From NCBI GenBank assembly GCA_001304015.1, contig LJUY01000009.1, positions 20,481 through 84,480 of the forward strand: DNA of 64,000 nucleotides, written 5' to 3'. Made by a program: the position numbers and the translations under genes. The DNA comes from a candidate division Zixibacteria bacterium SM23_81. GTDB taxonomy: Bacteria; SM23-81. Position 1 is the stretch's first letter; each line of letters starts with the position of its first letter. A model generated the notes under the pieces. It was not told where the DNA came from, searched no databases, and saw only the letters and a list, made by a program, of their open reading frames with translations. Shown here one piece after another: positions 31,626 to 39,815 of this stretch.

Positions 31626-34600
31626 CTATCGGAGCAACACCATCTTTGTGGTCTGTCTAAACGACTCGACCACAACACGGCAGAAATAAATGCCGCTTCC
31701 CACCGGTTGCCCTTTGTCGTCTCTGCCATCCCAGATGAGCCGGTATTCGCCAGCATTTAATCTCGCTCTCAACAAGGACCTTACTTTCTGGCCGGAGACG
31801 TTGTAGATCTCCACCGTGGTCATAAGGGGCAGACGATCTCTGTATCCCATGTTACCAGCTGGGATGCTCATCAGAAGGTGTGTGACAGCGTTGAAGGGAT
31901 TGGGGTAATTCTGGGACAGTCGAAAAGAGAAAGGCTGAGAAGGAGAGGTGTCCGTTGGATCTTGAGCCCGATCGCTGAGGACAGCGCTGGTGATGCTCAC
32001 GTCGTCCACATATACGCCCTCGGCCACTACGGTATCGGCGTCGCTATAGAACCGAAACCGGACCTGCAGGAAGGTCCCCGGCTCGACATGGGGCAGCTCA
32101 TAGGTGTCCTGAAACCAGTCATTGCCTATAAGGGTGCTGTCCAGCGCTCCGCCTGAGCCCAAAAAGTCCAGAACCTCCCAATCCTCGCCGGTGCTGATTT
32201 CCACATAGAGGCCATCAGATCCGTAGGTTGCCAGGTCGTACCAATGCCAGAAGCTCAGCTTCGTGTTCGGACCCACAACCACTGGCATAGTGGTCAGGGA
32301 GCAATCCATGCCGGCTAAGTAGGAAGGTGTAGTGCCGTCCTGCCCACAATACCAACTGGTAGCTCCGGAGTGAGCCCGTCGGGTGGTGAATTTCCAGTAG
32401 GGGCTGGTAGCCCAATGAGACCAATAGTAAGAGTCGCTCTCCAGATCATCCGCGAAGCCCACCTGACCGATGGTTAGCAGCAATGTCTGCTGAAATGAGT
32501 AGCCGTCGCTGGTGGCCCCGCTGATCTCCAACAGCGGAAACCGTGGTTCTGGACAATCAGGAGCCACCAGCAACCGAAAGGTGACCTCCCCTGTGGAGTC
32601 GGCATCCAGATCCCCCAGCGCCACCTGAGGTTGAAGCACCGTTAGGTAGGAATCCTGCGTCTCCAGCTCAACGGCCAACTCCCTGGCCTGTTCGCCTCCC
32701 GAGTTCGTCAACGTGATGGTAAGATCCAGCTCCTCCCCCGCCTCAGGCACACCGTCTCCATCCCCCCAATGGCCATCGTCCAGCCGAAAGGATTGATGGG
32801 ACAAAGACGGTGTGGAAACCAGGATATCGATCTCGTCGCTCCAATTATGGCCGCCCTGGTCTTCCAATTCCAGCTCAAAACGAAGGGAGTGCCCATTTGG
32901 GCAGCCCGCTCCCACGGTGAAGCAACACACCAGACCTGAGGAAATGATCTCACCGGGAGCTATGTCGCCGAAGGAGATAACCGAGTCCTCGACGGCCAGA
33001 TAATCGTCTTGCCAACTGATGGTGGCCGTTACCTCGCGAGCCATCTCATTGCCCCAGTTTTTCAGATTGATGTCCAGGCCAATGCGCTCCTGGGGACTGA
33101 CCACGCCATCCCCGTTACCTGAGATCTCCTGCATGTCGACATGGTGAAGGGTCAAGTGCGGTCCGCTGGAGAAGACTGTTAGGTGGCCCTCGTAGGGCAG
33201 AAAATCGGCACAAGTCACGGTCGTCCATAGGAATTCCGAGGAATCCGGGCAGATGGTGAAACTGGCCTTTCCGTAAAGGTCAGTGGCAGCCCGCCCATAG
33301 ACGCCGGCATCCCCCATGAGACACACCAACGCATCCTTCAGGGCATGGTGACCATCGGAGACGGACACGACCACCAAGCTCGTTTCTGCGGGGATCTGCT
33401 GGGGGTGCTCCACCGTGAGGTGACCAGGAGTTCTGGTCCACAAGGGCATCTCGGGGTCGCCCAAAAGGGTCAGCTGGTACTGGTGCCAACGATAAACGTT
33501 TTCCTGCCGAGATCTGGGCACGTAGAAGGCCTTGGTCGTGGCTAGCGCTTGACCTGCTTTGGTGATGCCGTCCTGGAAAACGGTTTTGAAGAACTGTTGG
33601 TCGAATCGGTCGGAATAACCGTAAAGGGGATTTCCCGGAGAGCCCCAACCGTAGCGAGAGTTGCCAATGAAAGCCACTCCTCCTCCATTGGGATTGTTCA
33701 CAAAATGTTCCGCGATGCAGTCGTGGTCGAAGGCTGCTGGCCAGCAGCCGATGGAGTAAAGTAGGCCCAAGCGACCTCCATTATGTAAGTAATCCATGTC
33801 TGAATTTGTGAGGTAACCTGTTCCCATGCCCATAACTGAGAAATAAGCATGACCGTCGTGATTGATGATGCCCACACCCGCGTTGACGGCCTGTATGAAG
33901 GCGTAAACGCTCTCATTGCCCCAACTCTCATAGAGTTTGGTAACGGGATCGAACTGCGGGGGAAGATAGCGTTCGTCGATGAGCTCTTTGCTCTCGCTGG
34001 CGTCCGTGTATGGATTCTGCCACAGGATTTCCGCAGCAAAGAGGGCCTTCTGCTGATAATCCAGCAGAGCCGGCTTCTCATAGGCCAGCACCTTATCAAC
34101 GAAATTCTCAGCTTGGGCTACGGTGCTTATCGGAGCTCGTCCAACGATCACCTCGGGATAGAGGTCTACCACATCCTCCAGCTCCCCAAACGTATCGTCG
34201 CCGTCGGCGTTCCAATCACCGTCTAGATCAGCATAATAGAGATCGCAAGGAAGATCATTATAGTCGGTCTGTGAATCCATGGCGTAGGCCATTCGATGGG
34301 GAATCAGTTGAGTGTCTGCCGCCAATAGGACCCAGATGGTACCCCAGTTCTGATAGGCATCCAGAATGAATTGCCGAATCCGCTCCTGACGATCAGCGCC
34401 TTCGTATTCTCCATCGATCCAGGTGGTCGATACGACTCGCGCGGGCACCCCCTTCTTGGTCTTCCAGTCGGCTAGAACTTGAAAGGCACCTTGAAATGCC
34501 AGGTCAGTGATGATCACATATTCGGCCAGCTCCTCCAGATAAACCATCTCTCCATGAGCTTCAGGAATCGGAGCCGCCGGAGAGAGATCTCCAGGGTTCA

Positions 34601-35231
34601 GGGCCAGTCGGCTGACCGCCTTCCGCAAAGGATCCCGAACAGCGGAAGTCCTCGATCGCTTTAAGACAGGGCTCTTACCACGAACGGAGAGGTGCACGGC
34701 GAAATCAATCCGCTGGTGAAAACGAACTTTCTGCTCCTCCGGAAGGTATTGTAGGGGATAAACCAGCAGGCTGGCGAGCTGGACCTCACCCATATTACCT
34801 GCACCGGTGTACTCCAGAATTTGGGAGGGGAACACTTCCCCACTCCGGTAGATAGCCGGCTTAGGCCCCACGAAGGGTATAGCCTCTTTCTGTTCTTGGG
34901 TTAGGGAAAGAATCTGGGGAGGCTGGGCAGGATAAATCATGCGCTGGTTCGGCAATAACTGACTTGTGGTACTCAGTATTTCTATGTGATCCACCGTGGT
35001 GTGAAGGGGTATGGCCACCTGCACAGCACAGACCGGCAGTTGGGGCGCTCCCGCTTGGCGGATAAGATCACAATCGCCCAGACGGGGCATATCATAACCA
35101 TCTTGAGTCTGCCAGGTCAATTCGGCAGGATCAAAGGTCACAGAGCCGGTCACCACCTGACTGACTGAGTCCGGCGGCCCCAAGGAGACTATCAGCATCA
35201 GCAGCAAGGTTAATATGAGAGGGCGTTTCAT
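31626..35231 (-). CDS. Large secreted C25 (gingipain)-like peptidase-family protein with T9SS C-terminal sorting domain
   Basis: Signal peptide MKRPLILTLLLMLIVSL with RBS aggaaaggag. Start set at the ATG at 35231; the longer track ORF reads through a (GCAATR)n repeat. C25-like His/Cys blocks (NHDGHAYF, SIGCW). C-terminal ~80 aa match the T9SS CTD (NYPNPFN...YFCRV..KMVLLR). Confidence 0.6.
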   Translation of the reverse strand: MKRPLILTLLLMLIVSLGPPDSVSQVVTGSVTFDPAELTWQTQDGYDMPRLGDCDLIRQAGAPQLPVCAVQVAIPLHTTVDHIEILSTTSQLLPNQRMIYPAQPPQILSLTQEQKEAIPFVGPKPAIYRSGEVFPSQILEYTGAGNMGEVQLASLLVYPLQYLPEEQKVRFHQRIDFAVHLSVRGKSPVLKRSRTSAVRDPLRKAVSRLALNPGDLSPAAPIPEAHGEMVYLEELAEYVIITDLAFQGAFQVLADWKTKKGVPARVVSTTWIDGEYEGADRQERIRQFILDAYQNWGTIWVLLAADTQLIPHRMAYAMDSQTDYNDLPCDLYYADLDGDWNADGDDTFGELEDVVDLYPEVIVGRAPISTVAQAENFVDKVLAYEKPALLDYQQKALFAAEILWQNPYTDASESKELIDERYLPPQFDPVTKLYESWGNESVYAFIQAVNAGVGIINHDGHAYFSVMGMGTGYLTNSDMDYLHNGGRLGLLYSIGCWPAAFDHDCIAEHFVNNPNGGGVAFIGNSRYGWGSPGNPLYGYSDRFDQQFFKTVFQDGITKAGQALATTKAFYVPRSRQENVYRWHQYQLTLLGDPEMPLWTRTPGHLTVEHPQQIPAETSLVVVSVSDGHHALKDALVCLMGDAGVYGRAATDLYGKASFTICPDSSEFLWTTVTCADFLPYEGHLTVFSSGPHLTLHHVDMQEISGNGDGVVSPQERIGLDINLKNWGNEMAREVTATISWQDDYLAVEDSVISFGDIAPGEIISSGLVCCFTVGAGCPNGHSLRFELELEDQGGHNWSDEIDILVSTPSLSHQSFRLDDGHWGDGDGVPEAGEELDLTITLTNSGGEQARELAVELETQDSYLTVLQPQVALGDLDADSTGEVTFRLLVAPDCPEPRFPLLEISGATSDGYSFQQTLLLTIGQVGFADDLESDSYYWSHWATSPYWKFTTRRAHSGATSWYCGQDGTTPSYLAGMDCSLTTMPVVVGPNTKLSFWHWYDLATYGSDGLYVEISTGEDWEVLDFLGSGGALDSTLIGNDWFQDTYELPHVEPGTFLQVRFRFYSDADTVVAEGVYVDDVSITSAVLSDRAQDPTDTSPSQPFSFRLSQNYPNPFNAVTHLLMSIPAGNMGYRDRLPLMTTVEIYNVSGQKVRSLLRARLNAGEYRLIWDGRDDKGQPVGSGIYFCRVVVESFRQTTKMVLLR

Positions 35232-35325
35232 CGAAAACTCCTTTCCTATAGTCTGATTTTTCAAGATGTTAAAATAGAGAAATTTGAAGCCAGTGTCAAT
35301 TGAAAAGAGAAGGCTAGTGGTAATG

Positions 35326-35372
35326 GCAAAAGCAATGGCAATGGCAATAGCAAGGGTAATAGCAGTCGACAG
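35326..35372. repeat. (GCAATR)n hexanucleotide tandem repeat
   Basis: gcaatggcaatggcaatagcaagggtaatagca, upstream of the C25-like gene start. Related copies at 39745-39790 and 43648-43672. Confidence 0.5.
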
Positions 35373-35777
35373 GAGGCAGGAAGCAGGAGGCAGCGCCACC
35401 TCCCCTAACCACCCCAATAGGCAATAAGCAGCAAAAGACGAGTAGCAGTTGGAAGTGGCAGTTGGCAGGTTCCTTACGAGTCTCCAGTCTCGGATTTCCC
35501 GATCCCCGTAATCCAATTTCTCTAGTTAGTTTCTGACCTCCTCTCACCTGTCATGCCTGCGCATGCAGGCATCTCAGAAGGAGAATTACCCTTCGGCTAT
35601 ACCATAAAGTGAGATTCCTGCTCCCCGCCTACGGGGGGACAAGATTCGCAGGAATGACAAGAAAAAAACGAAAGTCGAGCCTCGATTCACGAGCGACGTT
35701 ACGAGCATCGATACCGACAACCGACCTTGGATTAACTAAAAATATCAAAAACATCCAAATCTCTGAGCTCTCTTCAT

Positions 35778-37142
35778 TCACAACTTTCCAGCTACCTGTC
35801 TCAATACTATCAAAACAGGATCCCATACAGGCGAGACCGGCGGCGCATAGGCCAGGTCCAGGTAGAGCATCTCTGGAACCTTCATGCCTGCATGAAGAGC
35901 CGTGGCGAAAATGTCGATACGCTTGCCGGCCCCCGGTGGCCCGATGATCTGTCCGCCCAGAAATCGGCTGGTATTCTTCTCGGCCACCACCTTGACGGCC
36001 GCAGAACCCCCTCCGGGGTAATATTTTGCTCTTGTCCTGGCCTTGACGAACGCAGTCACGTGATCTATACGTAAGGTCTCGGCCTCCCTGGCCGATAAAC
36101 CGGTACGGGCTACCTCCGTCTCGCCCACCTTGGCGATGGCTGTTCCCACCACGCCGGGAAATTGCGCATCGCCTCCACCCAAGTTGATTCCGGCCACACG
36201 GCCCTGCTTGTTGGCCACGGTGCCCAGGGCGATGAAAACCTTACGGCCGCTGACCAGATGGGTGCACTCCACGCAGTCTCCCGCGGCCCAGACTCCGGGA
36301 ACATGAGTTCTCATATGATTGTCCACAGCGATGGCTCCCGTCTCGCCCAAAGGGATGCCGGCTTCCTTGGCCAGGGCGATGTTGGGCCGGATCCCGATGC
36401 CCAGAATGACCAGATCGGCCGGGAGCAGGCGTTTCGACGTCTTCACTCCAGAGACTCGATTACCTGAGGCCTCAAAGCGCTCCACGCCCTCGCCCAGATA
36501 CAGAGTGACGCCCATCTCCCTGAGCGTATGGGCGATCAATTCGGCCATATCTTCATCCAAGGTGCTCATCACCTGTGGCAGCAGCTCCACCAGAGAGACC
36601 TCCAAGCCCCGTGCCAGCAGGGCTTCGGCCATCTCCAATCCGACATAGCCGCCACCGACGATGACCGCCCGGTGAGTGGACTTCTCCTGCACTGCTTGAC
36701 GGATGGCCAAACCATCTGGGAGAATGGACAGGCTGAAGATGCCCTGTGCGTCGATGCCCGGCAGTTTGGGTCTGATGGGGGATGCACCGGTGGCGATGAG
36801 CAATTTGTCGAACTCCTCCCAAAAAGTTTTGTTTTCTTTAATATTACGGACCCGAATAGCACGCCGATTCAGGTCGATGTTTTCCACTTCGTGAAAAACG
36901 CGAGCGTCGATGTCGTACTTCTGGCGGAATACCTCCGGTGTTCGGGCAACCAGATCCTCGATCTCCTTGATCAAGCCCTCGACATAATAAGGCAGCCCGC
37001 AGGCTCCATAAGATGTGTAGAAGCCCCGCTCAAAAACGGTGATTTTCAGATCCGGCTGCATTCTGCGAGCTTGGGAGGCGGCACTCATCCCTGCCGCATC
37101 ACCACCGATGACAACCAGTCTCTCCCTCAGCTTTGCGCCCAT
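35778..37142 (-). CDS. FAD-dependent pyridine nucleotide-disulfide oxidoreductase (NADH oxidase/CoA-disulfide reductase family)
   Basis: VVIGGDAAGMSAASQARR N-terminus with a single active Cys context (YGACGLPY) typical of Nox/CoADR. Second Rossmann VIVGGGYVGLE. Confidence 0.8.
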   Translation of the reverse strand: MGAKLRERLVVIGGDAAGMSAASQARRMQPDLKITVFERGFYTSYGACGLPYYVEGLIKEIEDLVARTPEVFRQKYDIDARVFHEVENIDLNRRAIRVRNIKENKTFWEEFDKLLIATGASPIRPKLPGIDAQGIFSLSILPDGLAIRQAVQEKSTHRAVIVGGGYVGLEMAEALLARGLEVSLVELLPQVMSTLDEDMAELIAHTLREMGVTLYLGEGVERFEASGNRVSGVKTSKRLLPADLVILGIGIRPNIALAKEAGIPLGETGAIAVDNHMRTHVPGVWAAGDCVECTHLVSGRKVFIALGTVANKQGRVAGINLGGGDAQFPGVVGTAIAKVGETEVARTGLSAREAETLRIDHVTAFVKARTRAKYYPGGGSAAVKVVAEKNTSRFLGGQIIGPPGAGKRIDIFATALHAGMKVPEMLYLDLAYAPPVSPVWDPVLIVLRQVAGKL

Positions 37143-37262
37143 GAGGATCTCCTTTTTGGCCTTCCATATTTTTATTTTCCCTTTCGGATAATACTACCGT
37201 CTTTCAGGTATTTTGTCAACCCCATTTTGGTGAATTGGCATCATCTCACATAAAAAATGTAG

Positions 37263-37282
37263 GGGCACAGCATGCTGTGCCC
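37263..37282 (-). terminator. Perfect 20-bp palindrome followed (minus strand) by a T-run; terminator-like
   Basis: gggcacagcatgctgtgccc. On the minus strand it is followed by ctacatttttt. Confidence 0.4.
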
Positions 37283-37295
37283 ATCATTTGATTTT

Positions 37296-37412
37296 GTCAT
37301 TGCGAGCGAAGCGAAGCAATCTCCGAACTGCTTTTTGGAAAACGCATCCGCAGTGAGTTTACGTCATTAATCCTTCCAGAGATTGCTTCGTCGCTGCGTT
37401 CCTCGCAATAAC
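37296..37412. repeat. Long imperfect inverted repeat (~28-bp arms, ~55-bp spacer) in the 3' region of the beta-helix gene
   Basis: gtcattgcgagcgaagcgaagcaatctc ... gagattgcttcgtcgctgcgttcctcgcaat. Confidence 0.45.
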
Positions 37413-37493
37413 TAACTCTTGTTAAGGTTGCTTCCCACAATAAGCAGAATCACATTCGATCTGCTACCCCTCTGGCTGAGAATAGGCGGATCC

Positions 37494-38945
37494 TTATCTC
37501 AACAATACCATCTTGACGGTCTTGGAATGTCCACCAACCTCCAATCGGGCAAAATAAATCCCCGACGAAAAATCGGCAGCGTTCCAAACGACGTTATGTA
37601 AACCAGTTTCTTGAATTCCTTCAAATAAGGTCGCCACCCGCTGGCCAAGGACGTTATAGACCGAAAGCGTTGCCCGACCGGATTGAGGTAGACTGTAACT
37701 CACAACCGTCTCTGAGTTGAACGGATTGGGATAGTTCTGATGCAACACAAATTCTTTGGGGATGTGTTGAGCCTCATTTTCACCCTCTTCAACAGCTGTA
37801 GGCCAACCGGCATTGCTGCCGCCATAGGCTCCCATATCTGACCTCATCATGCCTAATCCATGAAAGCAATCCGACATTAAGTCTATATTGTAAGGGTGGC
37901 CCATGTCGATGCAGGGAGAATCAAAGGGATCGCCGCAGTAGGTAGCCATGAGATGAAAATCATCGTTTTCAGGATCACGGAAGAGAGGATCCTCGTCGAT
38001 ATTGCCCTCGCCATCCCAACCGCCCTGAACGTCGGAGTAAGTGACGGAAGGCCCCACACTACCTGGAGATATCTCATCCGGCGAATCATCCCACAGGATG
38101 CAATTTGTGATCGTTGAATAAAAAGCAGCACGAGAGGTCACGTGGCCGTTATTGCCCGTGATGACGAAGTTCGCAAAGCTCATAGGGAGGAGAGTGAAAA
38201 AAATTCCACCCCCAAATTCAGCCGAGTTCCCCGTAATAGTGCAATTGACAATGCTTGCGAAAGAAGTATGGTTATGAATCCCACCACCGCTATAAGTAGC
38301 CTCATTCCTGGCAATGACGCAGTTGGCCAATATCACTCCCGGGCCATAGTACCAGATCCCACCGCCTCTGAAAGCCCTATTTTCCATTATTTCACAATTG
38401 GTGAAGCAAGGAGCGCACGTCAAACACCAGATCCCACCGCCGTCATACACTGCCATGTTCTCTGTGATTATGCAGTTAGCAATGCTCGGGGAGGAATTTT
38501 CACACTTGATAGCTCCGCCATAGTCAGCAAGCCCATTCCGAACGGTTAAACCCTCCAGCTTCGAACCACGGCCTTCTCCAACATGAAAGAAGAATCCCCT
38601 TCCATCCTTCTCACAATCAATGATGCTTGAATCCGACCCGTTTTCCGATCGAACCACGATGGCCTTACCCAAAAAGTCGATGTTCTTGTTCCCCTCCCCT
38701 GTGTAAACCCCATCGGCCACCAGCACCGTGTCACCAGCTTCAGCTCCATTGATACCCGCCTGGACGGTGCTGGAGTCTTCGGGCACGTGAATGGTTTTTG
38801 ACCAGCTATAAGGCGCGACTAATAGGATTATCCCCATGGTTAGGTTAGCCACGAAAAAACCCACGGACAACTTTCTCACCAGCCCGTGGGTAGACTTCCA
38901 CAACTTTTTTGCTAAGGGAATTATGTGATGAATTACCCCTCTCAT
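37494..38945 (-). CDS. Right-handed parallel beta-helix repeat protein with T9SS C-terminal sorting domain
   Basis: Repeated NxxxxGGGI motifs of parallel beta-helix repeats. C-terminal CTD (NYPNPFNSETVVSYSLPQSG...GIYFARLEVGGHSKTVKMVLLR). Confidence 0.7.
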   Translation of the reverse strand: MRGVIHHIIPLAKKLWKSTHGLVRKLSVGFFVANLTMGIILLVAPYSWSKTIHVPEDSSTVQAGINGAEAGDTVLVADGVYTGEGNKNIDFLGKAIVVRSENGSDSSIIDCEKDGRGFFFHVGEGRGSKLEGLTVRNGLADYGGAIKCENSSPSIANCIITENMAVYDGGGIWCLTCAPCFTNCEIMENRAFRGGGIWYYGPGVILANCVIARNEATYSGGGIHNHTSFASIVNCTITGNSAEFGGGIFFTLLPMSFANFVITGNNGHVTSRAAFYSTITNCILWDDSPDEISPGSVGPSVTYSDVQGGWDGEGNIDEDPLFRDPENDDFHLMATYCGDPFDSPCIDMGHPYNIDLMSDCFHGLGMMRSDMGAYGGSNAGWPTAVEEGENEAQHIPKEFVLHQNYPNPFNSETVVSYSLPQSGRATLSVYNVLGQRVATLFEGIQETGLHNVVWNAADFSSGIYFARLEVGGHSKTVKMVLLR

Positions 38946-39067
38946 AGTTAGCCCTCCCCTTCGGGGAGGAAGATATAGCTATCTTTTTCACCTTCATTTT
39001 AGCATATATCACCCCATTTGTCAACAGAAAAAAAGTCGAGATGTAGAATCCAGGCGTGCGATGGTAT

Positions 39068-39604
39068 TTACCAATTCGCGGGATTATTCCGGTCCAATTC
39101 CCATTTGAGGGGATTATTCACGATGTATTCGCGGATAAGGCGTAATTCGGTTTCACTACGGATGACATGATCATAAAAGTTGCGCTGCCAGATTGGTCTT
39201 CCGGGCGTTTTTATGATTTTATTGATTTCCTTGGTAGATGCAGTCTTAAACGCGCCGATCAATCGGCCTAACGCCTTGCGCCTTGGTACAACCGCTGTAG
39301 GGGCGGTTCGCGAACCGCCCCTACATACATTCTCATCGGCTATGACGACGATTCCATGCAGGTGATTCGGCATAATCACCCATTTATCCAATTTCACATA
39401 GGAATATCGAAGGGGTAACCATCTCCAATATCGCTTCACCAACAACCCTAATCGGTTCAGGCAGACATGCCCCTCGCGAACCCTTCCAAAAAGGCATATC
39501 CTATCCTGTGTACATATGGTCACATAATAATATCCCGCCTGCGAATAATCGTAATTCCGTAAACGAATAGAACGCCTTTGATGTCTTCCACGATGTCTGC
39601 GCAT
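39068..39604 (-). mobile_element. REP-associated tyrosine transposase (RAYT, IS200/IS605-like Y1 HUH transposase)
   Basis: YDYSQAGYYYVTICT N-terminus, HUH motif (NHLHGIV), catalytic Tyr context (WQRNFYDHVIR). Adjacent array of GTAGGGGCG-hairpin REP elements. Confidence 0.75.
39297..39324. repeat. Perfect 28-bp palindrome GTAGGGGCGGTTCGCGAACCGCCCCTAC (REP-like) inside the RAYT coding sequence
   Basis: Read directly from the sequence. Encodes CRGGSRTAPT in the RAYT frame and shares the GTAGGGGCG head with the downstream REPs. Confidence 0.6.
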
Positions 39605-39675
39605 GGCGTTCTCCTGGGGGGCAAGGTGACCTCGCCCTTGATTCTTATGTTTCCTTGTGCAAGGTGGGGCGGGAA

Positions 39676-39815
39676 ACCCAACCCCTACAAGCTACTTCCC
39701 CCTCACCCCAACCCCGGGCGAGGGAACCTCGCCCCTACAATTTCATTATATTGCTATTGCCATTGCCATGGCTATTGCCATCGCGGGCACGGCATGCCGC
39801 GCCCCTACAGATTCC
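39676..39815 (-). repeat. Cluster of three REP elements (GTAGGGG(C/T)G plus GC-rich hairpin) 5' of the RAYT gene
   Basis: Minus-strand reads TTGTAGGGGTTGGG.., TTGTAGGGGCGAGGTTCCCTCGCCC.., CTGTAGGGGCGCGGCATGCCGTGCCC.., each with GTAG then a palindromic stem. Same orientation. Confidence 0.6.

Noticed and set aside
35232-35516. N-terminal 95-aa extension of the C25-like ORF (MDYGDREIRDW...AIAIAIAFAIT...)
   Set aside because: It reads through the (GCAATR)n repeat and has no signal peptide. A strong RBS plus ATG at 35231 gives a canonical signal peptide, so the true start is 35231.
38950-38990. Hairpin gccctcccc-ttcg-gggaggaag between the beta-helix gene start and RAYT as a terminator
   Set aside because: No adjacent T-run on the minus strand, where it would need to terminate the RAYT gene. 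Position and orientation are ambiguous, so it is left unannotated.
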